Shown here piece after piece: positions 23,373 to 37,844 of a stretch of 64,000 nt of DNA. The notes beneath the pieces were generated by a model. It worked only from the letters and a program-made list of their open reading frames with translations, was not told the DNA's origin and ran no database searches. Source of the stretch: Bilabrum cf. latius (taxonomy: Eukaryota); assembly GCA_965178125.1 (NCBI GenBank), contig OZ237743.1, positions 1,054,001-1,118,000 on the forward strand. The letters run 5' to 3'. Made by a program: the position numbers and the translations under genes. Position 1 is the first letter of the stretch; each line of letters begins with the position of its first letter.

Positions 23373-26300
23373 TCACTCGTCAGTGTTGAGGCTCAGGGCC
23401 ACGCCCTGCAGCACCCAGTGGCTCGCATGCTCCTCCGTGGCGAGATCCGCTTCGAACACCAGGCCGACGCCCATCGCGTTCCTTCTCGCCTGCGTCACGT
23501 ACACCGGCGTGCGGAAGGTCCCCACGAGCTTCAGCTTGGCTGCCTCAATGGGAGTCACCTGCAGCACGGGCAGGGGCACCACGAGCACCTTGGGGTCCTG
23601 TCGCTTGAGCTGCATGGCCTTCCTGTCCCAGCCCGCACCCTCCAGGTACAGGCCCCGCACGAAGCACCCGTCCTCCGGCACCTCCACGATCTCTGACGGA
23701 TCGTCGTGCGCCGTCACCCGCGTGAACAGAGTGGATTTGTCCAGGGGCCAGCTCTTCCTCCTGCACGTGGCCTGCACCAGCGCAGTGAGATACGACTCGG
23801 GGATGTGGAGGCCACTGAGCCAGATGACCGGCGGATCGCCCTCGTCCCTCCAGGCCTCGTACTGGTTGCCCCTCTGCACGAAGTGGCTCATCCATGACCC
23901 CAGCGGTTTCTGTGTCATGGGAGCCAGCGCACGCCAGCTGTTAGGTAACAGTCCGTCGAACAGCGCATCGCCGATCTGCTCCAGGCGGTCGCTCATGCCG
24001 ATCTCGCCCTTGAGAGCGCGCTGCAAGTCCTCCAAGCTCTGCGCCATGGCACCGCATAGACCGTTCCAGCGCTCCAGCTCCTGCAGCAGCACGACCTCCG
24101 TGGGGGTGGGCAGGCCGTGGTCCGACATGATCCTGCGGCGAAGCAGCGCCACGTCTGTCAGGTCGGGCACCTTTTCCAGGATGCCCACAAGGACCCGCTC
24201 TACGTGCTCCTCCCTCGACGTGCCCTGCGCTGCCGCGGCCGTCCTCGGCTGCAGCGAGGCCAGGTTCCTCCAGAGCCCCTTGGAGGCGATCGTGAGGTAG
24301 CCGATCTCGGCGTTGGGGTGCAGCCCGAACACGGCGGGGCTGTTGGAGAGGGGCAGGCCCTCCACCTTGTCACGGAACTCCTCCAGCTCCCCCGGTGCGG
24401 GCAGATCGTAGTCGAAGCCAACTGTCGAGAAGAAGAACCTGGCGTCCTCAGAGAACAAAAAGTCCCCCATGTACTCGTCCAGGTACGTCTTGAGCACACG
24501 CCGGTCGAAGTCGTCGCTGACCCTGCCGCCGTACATGGCGTCCCCAACGAGGTACTTGAGCGAGCCCCACGGGATGATCTCGTCCCCGTTCTGGTCCGCC
24601 TTTGTGAGGTACAGCTCCAGGAGCTGGCGGGACACCTTGAAATCGGACTCGTTGAAGTCGTAGGCCACGTTCCAGCCGATCTTGCCGTACTTGCGTCTCT
24701 CCAGCACCACTGCGTGCAGGAAGCACAGCACGTACACGAGCGGCCTGAACGCCTCGTGCGGGCACACGTCGAACTCGGAAGGCTGCATCTTGTGGAGGAG
24801 TGCCCTCATGTTGAGCTTGAGGCCGTCCGGAGGCTCCGTCACCACCTTGAGCGACCGCTGGAGGATGCCCAGGGGGAACCGGTCTGTGGGCTCCGTGGTG
24901 AGCCACAGCCTAAAGTCCTCGTGCGGGTTCTTGGCCTCTTGCAAGATCTTCTCGAGGTTGCTGAGCCAGGACAGCAGCAAGTGGCAGTTCTGCAGCAGCA
25001 CCCAGTAGCCCCTCTGCATGCCCAGCTCCAGCATCTCTTCCGCCTTTTCCGCCTGTCCCTGGCCCAGGGCCAGGAACCTGAGCTTTGTGGGCGGCGTGAA
25101 GCCCTTGGCCTGTCCCAGCTGCTGGATGTCCGACTGGGGGTCGGCGCCCGGGCTGAGGATGAACACGACCGGAGACACCGGTGAGGACTGCTGGTAGATC
25201 CTCTCGTAGTCCGCCACGGGCGGCTGCACGTACCTCTCGTCCATGCGGTGGATCACGAACTGACGCACCACGTCATATACCCTGTCCACGCGGAAGCAGC
25301 GTATGATAAGGAGCCTCTGGAAGCGGGAGAGCTTGGCCTCGAATCCGCACGGGACGTCGGATGCCTCCGGGTTTGGCTTGTCGTACCACTCTTTCCACAC
25401 GGCCGCGCTCTCCGCCTTGGTGATGCTCTCGACGATCCCGTCGAACGGGTTGGGCTTGTCGCCGTCATCCTCCAGCAGCCCCTCCAGTCGGATGAGGTCC
25501 TTCCAGCCCTGGGCCGAGATCCACCCGTGGGGGCACTGCTCCTCCGGCTCGTCCAAGGAGGTGTCCCCCTTGAGGAAGAAATCGAGCTCCCTCCTGTCCA
25601 GCTCGCCCTCGCCGTCCATGATCATGGTCGTCACCTGGAAGGAGAACATGAGCTTGTGCCGCTCGAAAATACCGAGGCACGTGTAGTCGTACATCTGCTT
25701 GGTCATCTCGTCGATCATGTTCTCGAGTCGCTTAGCCAGCTCGTGGCTCGGCCTCGCGTGCTTGAGCGACCGCGTAAATACGCCGAGGAAGGACCCGAGC
25801 GAGATCTCGTACATGCGCATGATGTTGCTGAGACCTGCCATGGCAAAGAAGAGGATGGAGCCTCGCTTGGCCGCGGGTTGGTATGCCTCGCGAGCCTTGT
25901 TGATGCTGGCCCTCGTCTTGGCTGACTCGACCAGCTTGGCACCGATCAGGACCGAGCTGGACTTGGCCTCCTCGAGCGTCTCGATCAGGGCCTGGTTCTC
26001 GAGGATGTCGCCCTGCGCCGTGCTCAGCGTCTTGAGGAGCGTGTCTTCCAGCTGCTCCAGCTGCTGGGTCATGCTGCTCATCTCCGAGACGAGCTCCTTG
26101 AACTGCTTCTCCAGCTCCTCCCTCTCGTGCCCGACCACAACGTTGAGGAGCTGGTTCTCCAGCCCCTGCATGGTCACGCTGTAGTTCACGATGGAGGTCT
26201 TGCCCATGATCTCGGGCGAGTAGTGCGGGTTGCCCAGCTTGCTGGTGAGGTACATTCTGAACTCGTCCGACCACGCGATGGACTTGTCGCCCAGCTTGAT

Positions 26301-29300
26301 CATGAGCTGCGAGCCCTCGTAGTGGGTCCTCCTCTCCAGGATGGGGTCGATCCTGGGGTCCAGCTCCTCGCCCACCGACTCGAAGAGGAACGGCTGCCCG
26401 TACTGCACGGCCAGCTCCAGGTGGCGCATGAAGTCGTCGTCCAGCAGCGTGGCGCGCTTCAACCGGTTGTCGGCCTCCCTGTTCTTGATCCACTCGATGG
26501 CCTGCTGCTGCGGATCCACGCACAGTGGGAAGCGCGAGGCCTGGGTCGTGAGGATGCCGTTCATGATGGAGTGGTCGTCCGCCGGCAAGCCCTCCCCCAC
26601 CCACCTCTGCACCGTGGCCTCGCTCGCCATGAACCGGATGAGGTCGTAGGGCTGCGTGAGTGGAAGCGCCTTGTCCTTGATGTCCTCCAGCCAGTCCTCC
26701 TTGATCATCTGCTGGCGGTACTGGTACGTGAAGGGGCCGAGGTAGGAAAGAAAAGACGCAGCCACGATGCAGTCGCCCACGAGCCGCTCCTTCTGGCCGT
26801 TAATGCTCTTGACGTCCTCCCCCCAACGCTTCCTCTCCGAGCTAAGCCCGGTGATGAGCTTCGAGGCGGCGTCGAGTTTCCGGGCCATGGTGGCGGCCTC
26901 GTCCTGGAGCTGCTGCAGCTCAGTCCTGCCCTCATTCAGCTTGATGTTGAGCTCTGCAATCTCGGCCTGCAGCTTCTCCAGCCTCTTGGCGGTGTCCCGG
27001 AGCTCCCTCTCGCTCTGCTTGGACTTGCGCTGCATCTCCTGCACCCGCTGCATGAGGGGCTCTACTTTCTTTGCCACCTGGTAGTACTCGATCATGGCCT
27101 GGACCCACTTGAATAGGGCAGCTGCGGCCACCGATGCGCCGTCGAGGATCTCCTGGGTGAGGCCCTGGGAGCGGATGTAGGAGGAGGCCTTGTTGATCAT
27201 ACCTGCAGTCAGCCTCGTCTTGTCGTAGTTCTGGAGGCTCTTGAGGAAGTTGGACTGCTGCATCATGATCTTGCACGCGGACCAATCGACCGACTTGCCC
27301 TCCGTGCCGGTGGGCTTGAAGGCGTGCACGCAGTACATGCAAAATTGCACCTTTTGCGGGGGCGTCTTGAGAGCCCTCACCTCGTTCACCTTGTCGGCTG
27401 TCAGCACCTGAAGGGCCCTGTCGGCGGCGGCGAGAGCGGGCTCGGCCTCGCGCAGGCTTGCCTCCGCCTCCGCCGACTCCTTGTTGATCACGATCCTGTC
27501 CTTATCAAGCTGCTCCTTCTTCTGCTGCGCGTCTGCCTCGTCCTTGTTGGCCTCCTGCTGCCTGGCATCCACCCTCTCCAGCATCTCGCCCACCTCTTTG
27601 GCCTTGGCGTCCACGATGACCTGCCTCTCCTTGAGTACGGTGCTGAGCTGGTCCACCTTTTGCTGGGCGTCGAGCAGCTTGTCAAGGCCGCTGGTCAGTC
27701 GCTGTGCCCTCGTGTCCAGGTCTCTTCGCTTGTCGCCCAGCAGTTTGCGGTAGTTGGAGATGAAATCGAGGTAGTTCTTCGGCGTCACGTAGTTGTGCCG
27801 CCTGAGCTCGGCCTCGAACCGCCTGGACGCAGTCACGACCGATTCGTGCACGTGCACCATGTGGCCGATCACGCTGGGCCTGTGCTCCTCCGGGAGCGTC
27901 TCGTCCTTCAGGAAATGGCTGGCCACCTTCTCTAGGGCATCCGCAGGCCACGGGAAGAACCAGTCGATCACGCACGACGACACGAGCCCGGGGAAGTTCC
28001 TGCAGCGCCGGCGGAGCGTGTCGCCCGAAGGCGACATGGCCAGCACGATGTGCAGGTTGTTGCGGCACTTGGACACGAAGTACGCCCAGCAGTTGTCTGC
28101 CGTGTCCTCGATCCCCGCGGCCTTCACCTCCGACCGCACCTGGTTGATCATCACGTCCTTCTCGTCCTTGTCGTAGAGGGCAGGGACCATGCCCGTCGAC
28201 AGCATGTTGTTGATCAGCTCGAGGAAGCCCTCCTCGGCCACGTCAGCGTCCGTGAAGAGGAACACGACGGGTTTGACCACCAGCATCTTGTACAGCTCCT
28301 TCAGATCCTCCCTGAAGTCCTTCTCCGTGTAGTTCCTGGACATGGTGATGGTGAACAGGTCGTAGCCGGCCGTGTACGTGGCCAGTCGGGTGAGGGACTG
28401 CTTGCCGCTGCCACCGACACCCACCAGCAGCGCGTTGCCGCGACGCATCCGCAGCACCCGCAGGATCCTCGTGAGGTGCTCCAGCGCCTGCTAAAAGAGA
28501 ACGAGGGACATCTCCTTGACCTCCTCGTTGTACAGCTGCAGCACCTGATCCAGGATGCCACGCACGCTGTCGAAGGAACCCAGGTCGCGGTAGAGCCTCA
28601 GGTCCTCCTTCTCCTCGGACAAGCGACCGAAGGCCTGGCCAAAGTCGCCGTACAGCATGGGCATCCTCAGGGCGTGATCCGAGGCCTCTCCGAAGCCCCT
28701 GCGGATGAGTGCCTCAAGCTCCTTGGCAACGATGGCGTGATCCTCGTCGCTTACCAGACGGTCCGCGAAGATCCTGCAGCACTCGTTTCTCCACAGTCGC
28801 GCCACGTCTGCCTCTGTCTGGACCGTGTCGGGGGTGATGGTGGTCAGCCCCTCGTAGATGCGGCCCAGGTCCCGCAGGTTGAAGATGTAGTGGAACTTGG
28901 CGGGGGTGGGCGGGAGCTTCTCCACCAGCGTGTTGTACAGCGACAGGGTAAGCCCCGTGACCTTGCCTGCAGCGGCCCTGGCCGGGTCGGTGTACCCTCC
29001 GTCCTCGTAGAACCTCTCGATGATGGACCCGTAGATCTTCCTGAGCACGTCCTCGGTGGGAGGCGTCAGGTTGAACACGGAGAACATGCTCATGAAGCGA
29101 GGATCCACGCTGTTGCGGCCTCCCCCAGGAGGACCCATGGCCCCGACGTACCTCATGTCCTTGAAGGTCTTGAGCTCCAGGTCCTTCTGCCTGTCGTACA
29201 TCTGGCCGCGACCCACCAGGAAGTGCAGGAGGGCGATGGGCTGCTGCGTGCCGTACGTGTCTACCCTGGGCATGTTGAGGTCGTCCACGAAGACCAGAAG

Positions 29301-32300
29301 CTTCTGCCCGATCTTGGGGCCGTAGGTCTTGCCTGAGCGCCGGTCCACCACGCTCTCGATGTTCTGCTGGACATCCCATGACGTCGTCCTGCTGCTAAAG
29401 TTGATCACGAGCGGCTTGAACTTCTCGGGGTCCAGCGACTGCATGTAGTTCTGAATCGTGACCGTCTTGGCGGTGCCCGACTCGCCCACGAACAGGGTGG
29501 GCTTGCTCACCCTCTGCATCTGAGTCAGGATCCACGTGTACAGAACCGAGTCGGTGGTGGGCACCAGCACCCGATGGATGTCGAAGGGCTGCGGGGGCAC
29601 GTAATCGGGCACCTTGGATTTCCACGCCACCCACTTCTGGTCCTCGGGCGAGTACAGGTGCACGTAGGGGTCCTCCGGGATGCCCAGCTCAACCATCTTG
29701 CCGAGGAACTCGGCGAACCGAGCTCGCTGGGGACCGGTCGCGGCCGCGCCGCAGGACCACACGAGCGCGTTCACAAAGAGGCCCTCCAGCGTGTCGAACT
29801 CGGTCACCTCCTCCTCGTACGGAATGAGCGCGTCCAGCATCGAGCACAGCTGCTTGACCATGGACAGGTCGGTCATGGGCACGACCAGCTCCACCGGCTC
29901 CTCCATGTCGCCCGTGCCGTCGCCCAGATCGCCCTCCAGCACGTACGCCACCAGCTTGTCAACGTACTTGTCGAACAGCTGCATCAGGTTCTCGGCCTCT
30001 GTGGGTCTCGGTCCCGCGCCCGCCGCCTTCTTCTTGCCCCCCTCGGCCCCTCCGGCGACGCCACCCTCCGGCTTGGGATGGAGGCCCCGGCGCCTGAGCT
30101 CGGCCCACCGCCAGAAGTAGGGCCGGTACCTCAGGTTCTTGGGATCAACGTACGTCATGCCGCAGCGACTGATGGTGGCGGGACTGGCGTACTGCAGGTC
30201 GAACACCTCCACGAGGATCTTGCAGTGGTCCTCCAGTCGAGTTCTCGTGCCGTTGGGCAGCGTGAGCAGCTTGTTGTCGTCCATCACAGAGTTCATGTCT
30301 TCCACCCACACTGCGTCGACGTCGCCGTCGAAAACGATCCAGCGCATCTCGTTCTCCTTGCCCGGGGGCAGGGGCTGGTTGCACTCCCGGAACAGCTTGG
30401 AGAGAATGCCGTTCTGCCACTCTCGGGTGGCCGGGTCCATCACGCCGTAGAGCTCCTTGACCGTCTGCGCCTTGGGGTTGAGCGTGAAAACCTTCACGTT
30501 TCGGTTGAAGGCGGGCTTGCTGGCCCTGGCCAGGGCGTTGATGACGACCGTCTTGCCGCCTCCCGTGGGACCGACCACCATGGTGGTGTGCCTGACCAGC
30601 ATGACTTCGTACAGCTGGATGACCTTGTCGACCTGAAGCTGAAAGACGTCCTCGAGGTCATGGTGCATGACGTCCTCCTCGAGCACGGCCTCTGTCGCGT
30701 TCTTGAGCTCTGGATATGCCACGCGGGGGCAGTCCAGCCCGGGGAACAAGTCGTCGATGAGGCCCTTGAAGAGAGGCACGTCCTCGTACACGAACTTGGG
30801 GAGGTTGGAGTCCCGCAGCGAGCGCATGAGCACCAGTTCCTCCGTCATGTCTGCGTACTCCCTCTTGAGTCCTCCCGCCATCACCAGCACCGACTTGAGC
30901 GCCCTGAGCCCGAAATCGTAGTGGTACTGCTTGGACAGCTGCTCCCTAGCCAGCGAGTACAGAGTGGTCATCTTCTTGGCCAGCACCCTCGCCTCCTCGA
31001 AGCCCTCGGAGAACAGCATGATCTCGCAGATCTGCAGCAGGTCGGGCACGATCATGGTCACGGGACGGAACAGGGCCTTGAGGTTGTCGGGCAGCTCCGT
31101 GCGGCCGGCGTACCCGGGGTTCATGGTGATGAACACGCCCACGCTGGGGTTGATCTTGATCTCGACACCGAGGCCGATGTCGGCGGTCGGTCTGCCGTAC
31201 AGGAGCGCGTTCTGGATGGATTTGAGCTGCGCAGAGACCACCGACAGCACCTCCACGTTGATCCGGTTGAACTCGTCGAAGCAGCCCCAGGCCCCCACCT
31301 GCGCCAGACCCGAGAAGGTGGCGCCCAGTGCCTTGTAATCGAGACCCTCGCCGCAATTCTGCACGTAGCAGGGCAGGGCGAGGTTCTTGGCCAGATCCTT
31401 CACCGTCTCCGTCTTGCCGGTCCCCGCAGGACCCGCAGGGGAACCACCGAGCTTGAATGTGAGCGCCTGGGTCAGCGTCATGTAGCACCGGTCCGTGAGT
31501 GGCGTGATCACCAGCCTGCCGGACAGGCCCATGTAGTCGTACCCGTAGCCGAACTCGCCAGTGCACTGCCGGATGAGGATGTCGTCGACGTCCTTGTCCC
31601 AGTAGAACCTCAGCTGCGACTCCCAGGCGAACTCTCTGGCGTCTAGGATGGAGTCGCGGACGAACGAGTCCACGATGTCGCGCGCGTGGACGTCGACGAT
31701 GAGCAGCGTGTTGCACTTCTTGCGTATCATCTTGGGGATGTCCCCTCTCACCAGGCCCACGAGGTCGATGAGCTGCTGCGTGAGCTTCGAGGCGAAGCGC
31801 TTCATGGCGTACTTGTCGCCTTGCGCCACCCGCCTGAACGTGTCTTCCGTCTCCCACGTCCACCAGATCTGGGACCCGACCATGCACACCATGCCTATCT
31901 GTTCCTTGACCCACTCGATCCGCTCCCTCCTGGCGTAGTAGAACACGCCCTCCTTGGCGATCTTGTGGAGCGAGTACTTCATGTCCTGGTCAGTCTGGGT
32001 CATCCACTGCTCCACGGGGCCCTCCACGGAGGTGTTCCTCCTGAAATCGAAGGACTCGCCCTCGCTGGAGGACATGCCCTGCACCAGCTTCGCGTCGGAG
32101 GAAAACGCGAGCTTCTTGACGTTGTTGTAGAGCTGCATCAGGTACTGCTCGATCCCGCGGGGATCTGAGGAGCCCAGCACCGCCAGCAGCTCGTCGTCCG
32201 AGATGAAGAAGAACCGAGGGAAGGCGTTCCTCTTCGAGTCCAGGTACTCGCTGAGGCTCTTCTGGCATGCGTCCAACATCTCGCCCATGTCGACAAGCTC

Positions 32301-35300
32301 GTCCCTGCGGTCCGCCGTGCCGGCGCACTCGAGGATAGCGGGGGTCTTGACGACCTGCTGCATGATGCTCTTGAACTGCTTATCGATGCCGGCGAATCGC
32401 TTGGCCTCCTGCGGCAGCTGCATCTTGATGTCCTCGTTCCCGATGAAGATGCCCTCCAGGTACCTCCACTTCTCCTGCACGTTGTACCACACGTCGAGGG
32501 TCTCGCCCACGATGCTGAGGGAGTCACTCCACTGCTTCACCTGGCCCGCGAACGTGGTGACAAAGCGAGAGCCTTGGATGGTCTGCAGCTGCAACGTGTG
32601 GTCCTCGAGCTCGACCTTGATGTCGTCCGCCGGCAGCAGAAGGTGCGCCCTAAACACCCCGTTCTTGGAGTACTCACCCACGGCCAGCTGGGTGGACCTC
32701 CACTTCCTAGAGATCGCGTCGATGTCCTTCTCGATCTTGAGCTCGTTCATGGCCTCCGTGACGATGTCGTCGATCGTGTCCTCGAAGCGGCTCAGGTTCA
32801 TCTCGAAGATGCCTTGCAGGGTGAACGTCTTGGGGTTCATGCTGAACTCTACGCCAGTGAGCTCCATGAGCTTCTTCCAGTGCCTCTCTTTCATGGCTTC
32901 GTTCTTGAGCTTGCTGATGAGCGGCAGCGAAGCACCGAAGCCCTCGATCTCCCCGCGCACGCGAGCGTACAGCGGCATCTCCTTGAGCTCGGCGGGCTGC
33001 TTCCTCGCCCTAGACTGCAGCTGCTGGGAGCCCTGCTCGAGCGCGTTGGTGTCCAGGGCAGACCACAGCATGTTGCTGTTCGTCTCCGCGAACGTCTTCT
33101 GGTCCTAGTATAGCCCGTACAGCTTCTCCACTTTGCCCAGGTCCTCTTTGACCAGTCCCAGCTCGGGGTATCGGGTCACGTCCATCCCAAAGAGCCTCTA
33201 CGCGTCGCTGATCTCCGCCTCTCGCGCGTTCATTGCGGCCAGCTCCTCCCTGGCCTTGGGGAGCATCTCCAGGCCCTCGTCCAGGGTGACCCCCTCCTCG
33301 GCGGCGGGGCCCGTGGCCTGGTATCGCTCGAGATACGCGGCGGCCTCCTTCTGAAACTCCTCCGCCTCTGCCTGCGTGGTGCTCGCAAACCTTTGCTTGA
33401 GCGCGTTCAGCCTCGCGTCCTTGGTCAGCGCCCAGTTGACCACGTCCTTCCACTCCTTCAGCAGTTCAGAGGCGACCTCTGCCTCTTCCGCGTCCACATG
33501 GATCATCTTCTCGTACTTGCTGAGCGTGCGGAACCGCTCCACCACGTCGGCGATGGCGAGCTCGGTGTCCATCCGCATGAGCTTCACCTCGCGCACCGTG
33601 GTGAGGACCGTCTTGAGCTCCGCCAGGTTCTGCGGCGAGCTGTCGAGGATGGCCATGAGCTGGTCCCAGTGCTCCCGCATGCCGTGCATGCGAGTGGTCG
33701 CGGTGTCGGTGAGCACCCTCCCGTACTCCTTGACGAGCCAGCGAGCCTGCCTTTCGTTCTCCTTGGCGACAGGGGTGCAGTCCACGCGGATGAATCCGAC
33801 GTCCTTGACAGCGGGATGCTTGCGGGCCTGCTCGGCAAGGGCCGTGAAGGACGCCATCTTGGCGTCAAAGTAGGACACGGGCAGCTGCCTCTCCGCCAAA
33901 GAGTTCATCTGCGACGGCTTGCGCTCCTTCCACAGGCCCCTCTCCTCGCCGAACGACTCCCAGTCCGCCACGAACCGCTTCACGTCCTGGATCATGCCAA
34001 CCACCGCCGGATCCATGGCCACCATTGCGCCCACCACCTCCTGGTTGCTGACCATGTCCTGGTAGTACGAAAAGTCGGGCGCGTCGCTGCCTTCCATCAC
34101 GTCGGGGAGGGCAGGGATGCAGGTGCCGTCCGTCCACCGGATAAAGTTGCTCGCCGCGCGGCACAGGAACTCCACCGTCCTGGACAGGTATCTCGCGATG
34201 TAACCCGGCTCAGGGGACATGACGAGGTGGGGCAGGTTGTGGGTCACGTTGACGAGGACAAGGGGGCGGCGCCGCTCCAGCCTCGTGCCGTCGGCCCCGG
34301 CCACCTTGTCCAGCACGTCGATGTTGAGGAGTCCCTGGAATGTCACGATGGAAGCCACGGTCATGCGCACGATTGCGTTGTAGATGCGCCGCTCCCAGTA
34401 CCTGTAGTACTCCTGCAGCAGGGGGGCTGCCCTCGTCTTCCTGCGGTCGCACAGCGCGGCCTCGATCTGCTCCAGGCTCGCGGGAATGCTGCGGAAGCGC
34501 TCCTGCAGGTCCTCCAGCCTAACTCTGCCCTTCTTCTCCAGGAGTTCGTAGAGCTCGGACACCTCCATGGGGTGCAGTTCCGCCGTGTCTTCCTCGCGGA
34601 AGAGCAGCGTGGTGGCGATTGCCTGCACGTGCTGCTCCACCTGATCGTGGGACTTGCGCACCGCCCCCAGCTGGTTGTGGAAGGCCCGGATGGAGGTGGT
34701 GACCTGCTCGATGAATGCGCTGATGTGGAGCGAGTTCCAGTTGAGGGGAGAGAACCCCGGTCGAACCTTCGCTCGGAGCTTGGCCAGGTCATTCTGCATC
34801 AGCGTGGCCTCGACCGGCTTGAGCTGCCTCAGGATGCCGTGGTACTCTGCGAGCATTCGCTGCAGGCGAGACACCTTGCCGAGGAACTCGTGCTCCTGCA
34901 GCGTCACGTTGAGCGCCGCTTCCGGCACCTCGAAGCCGAGCCGGTCAAGGAGCTTCGTCTCGCGGATGAGGGCGTAGAGCGCCGGGCTGAAGTTGACGTG
35001 GTAGGGCGGGATGGCCATCCGCGTGGCGGGTTCGTCCACCGCGCCGTCAATGACCTTGCCGCCGAAGGTGGCGGCAGCAGCCGCGGCCGCAGCCACGTAC
35101 AAAGGCTGGTCCTGCCCATGCAGGCCCTCCTGCCCACTGCCCGGCTTCAGGATGTCCTTGGGCGCGAGGGGCTTGTCGTGCAGGCTGGGGCCCAGCACGT
35201 GCTGCGTGAGGAAGTCGCTGGCAAGCTGCTCCACCCTCTCGGACCAGCCTGAATAGAGGTCACGGATGTACGTGTCGATGGACCTGGCGTAGTTCAGGTA

Positions 35301-37844
35301 CGCTCGTTTGTAGGACTGCCCGTCGGGAGTGGTCAGCAGGCCTGGCATTTCCTTGCGGAAGCGCAGGATCAGCCGCTTCTGCCGGATGTACAGCGAGTGG
35401 GCCCAAGAGATGGCACCTGCCACGGGCGGGTAGTCCTTGAACACGGGAGGGCTGTCCCTTTGCGTCTCGAAGAGGTCCTCCGCCTCGGACAGCTCCTCCC
35501 TGGCCTTGGACACCACGCGGTCTTGCTTGGCCTCCAGCTGCCGCCTGATGGCCTCCCGCATCTCCACTCCGCTGAGCTTGCCCAGGAGGTCAAAGGCGCC
35601 CTCTGCCGACCTGAGCTTCTCGAAGGCGACGTCGATGAAAGAGGCCGTCTGGTCCTCGATCGCTTGCGCCTCGCGGCGGAAGCGCTCCATGCGACTGTTC
35701 CACTGGTCCTCGTTGCTCTTCTCGTAGGGGCTCTGGCGCAGCTTCTGCAGGGGCAGCGGGAGGTCCTCGACCATGCGGTTCACCTTGTCCACGGCAGTCT
35801 GGTCGCTCGTGATGCTCCGGAGCTCGGGTCCGCTGAAGAAGCGCCTGAACTGGTCTATTGTGGACACCACCTCAATCACGTCGCCGATCACCGCGGCCAT
35901 GTGGTCCGTCCTTGCAAAGAGTTCTCTCCGGTCGAACTCCCACCTCGAGTCGCTCTCGTGCTCGATCTGCTCCCGCACCTGCTTGTAGCTCTCCCTCCAC
36001 TGCACCAGCACGTCCCGCGCCAGCTCGAGCGTCGGCATGGACTTCTTGGCTGGCTGTCTCAGGATGCCCCGCAGGTGCACCTCAGCGGCCACCTGAGCCC
36101 GGATCTCCCTCGCGATCCGCTGCAGCAGCCCGCTCATCTGCTGGTCCCTGAAGTGCCGGCTGATGATCCACACTCGGCGCAGGCCGGTCAGCATCGGGTG
36201 GATCGTGTCGAGCATCAGCTGCAGGGAGCCGGAACCTAGGGCCTTGAAATGCCTCTCCACAGTGGACAAATACTTGACGTTGTCTGCCGCCTCGGCGTGC
36301 GCCTTGGCCAGCTCAGCGTGTGCCCCCGAAAACTTGCCCAGCTGCGGCTCACGCGCCACTTCGAGCACCTGCAGCATCTTACGGACGCGAGGGGCCTGCA
36401 GCTGCTCGAACAGGGCGGAGAGGGTTGCGTTGCACCTCCTCCAGTATTCGATCTCCCCTGAGGGTCCCTTGCCGCGCGCCATGCCCTTGACAGTGGCCAG
36501 CACGTGGGTGACCGTCTCCTGCCAGTCAAGCACCGCGTCCAGCACGATGGCGCGCACCTCGTCGTTCTCCGCCGCGGCGGCCGGGTTCTCGATGGCCAGG
36601 TCGGGCACATCCAGCTGCACCTCGCCCGTGAGTGACTGTGACGTGTGCTCCATCTGAGTGGCGAAGCGCTGCAGGCTCGCCCTGAAGTCACCCTTGATGC
36701 CCTCGGGAACAGTCTTGGCCCCCGTGTCGACCTCCTGGGGCTTGGGCAGGGCGGCAACGGAGCCTCGAGCAATGCCACCCGCTCCACCGAGCATGGACCC
36801 GCCGCCAGAGCCGCCGCCGAGCTGGGACCCCGCCCCTCCAAAGGCGCTCCGGCCCCCGAATACCGACGCGGAACCGGCGGCGCCGCCGCCAAAGGCGCTC
36901 TTTCCCCCCCCAAACACCGACCCAGACATACCCCCGCCACGCCCACCGAATACCGACGCGCCGGACGCCCCCCGTCCGTGGCCGCCCCCGCCCCCGCCAA
37001 ACACGGAGCCGGCGCCACCACCCGGAGTGCCCGACCCGCCGATCATGGTCCCCGCACCTCCCGCGCTCGTCATGCCAGCCGTGTTGGCCCCATGGATGAA
37101 CACCGACCTGGCGTAGTCCTCGGAATGTGCGTCTGACCCGTCATGCCTCGCCCCCCTGCGGCCCCCCAGCTGCGCCTCGAGCATCGGTATGAAGGCCCCC
37201 TTGAGGGCCAGCCCCATGCTGCCGATTCCGTCCTCGCTCATCTGGCCGTACTCTACCCAGGAGGCCATCTCGTCCTGCACAGTGTCCTCGTCGTCCGCGC
37301 TGGGCTCCAGGGGACCATCCTTGGAGCGGATAAAGTAGACGGCGGGTGCGAGCACATCAGCGGGCATTGTTCCGATCGAGGCGCCCACAACAAACTCGGT
37401 TCGCTCTTCCATTTCAGTGACCGTGTGGGGCACCATGCGGCTGACGAGCTCTGTTTTGGGGGACTTGGGGGCGGCTTCCTCCACTCCATCCTCTCCCTGG
37501 CTCTTGCCATCCTCGTCCTGGTCTTTCTTCTCCTCTGTGCCGTTGCCTGCCCCTCCCTGGGCAGCGCCGTCCGCTGCCTCTTCCTCTTCTTCCACGACCA
37601 TCTCGAAAATCTCCCGCTTCATGACTGTTCGTTCCACTGGGACTTCCGTTGTGGTTTCGCTGGCATGAATCAAGAGGGTTGTCCCGGCCGGCGTGTCGGC
37701 AGCCAGGAAGGCGTCGATCGCAGCGCCGTCCAGACCTGGCTTGCCCTTGCTGGAATAAACAACTTCGAAAGCCTCCTCGTCAAAATCAAAATACATTTGA
37801 GATATTTCCCTTATCCATCGGACCGCCGGTGGTAGTGCCACCAT
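23373..37844 (-). CDS. DNAH10: Axonemal inner-arm dynein heavy chain (I1/f alpha, DNAH10-type), intronless, 4823 aa
   Basis: P-loops GPAGTGKT, GPTGGGKT, GESGTAKT and GVGGSGKQ. C-terminus HWVLQGVALSLNTDE is typical of DNAH10. The three long ORFs are in one frame, separated only by TAG at 33198, 33105 and 28491. Stop is TGA. Confidence 0.92.

Noticed and set aside
23332-37835. Long plus-strand ORFs opposite the dynein gene (e.g. 29574-31646, 33393-35252)
   Set aside because: These are antisense shadows of a GC3-rich coding strand with no recognisable motifs.
23373-37844. Dynein split into three genes, or tiny introns removing the stops
   Set aside because: All parts are in one frame, and the sequence across each TAG is continuous dynein-like protein with nothing to excise.
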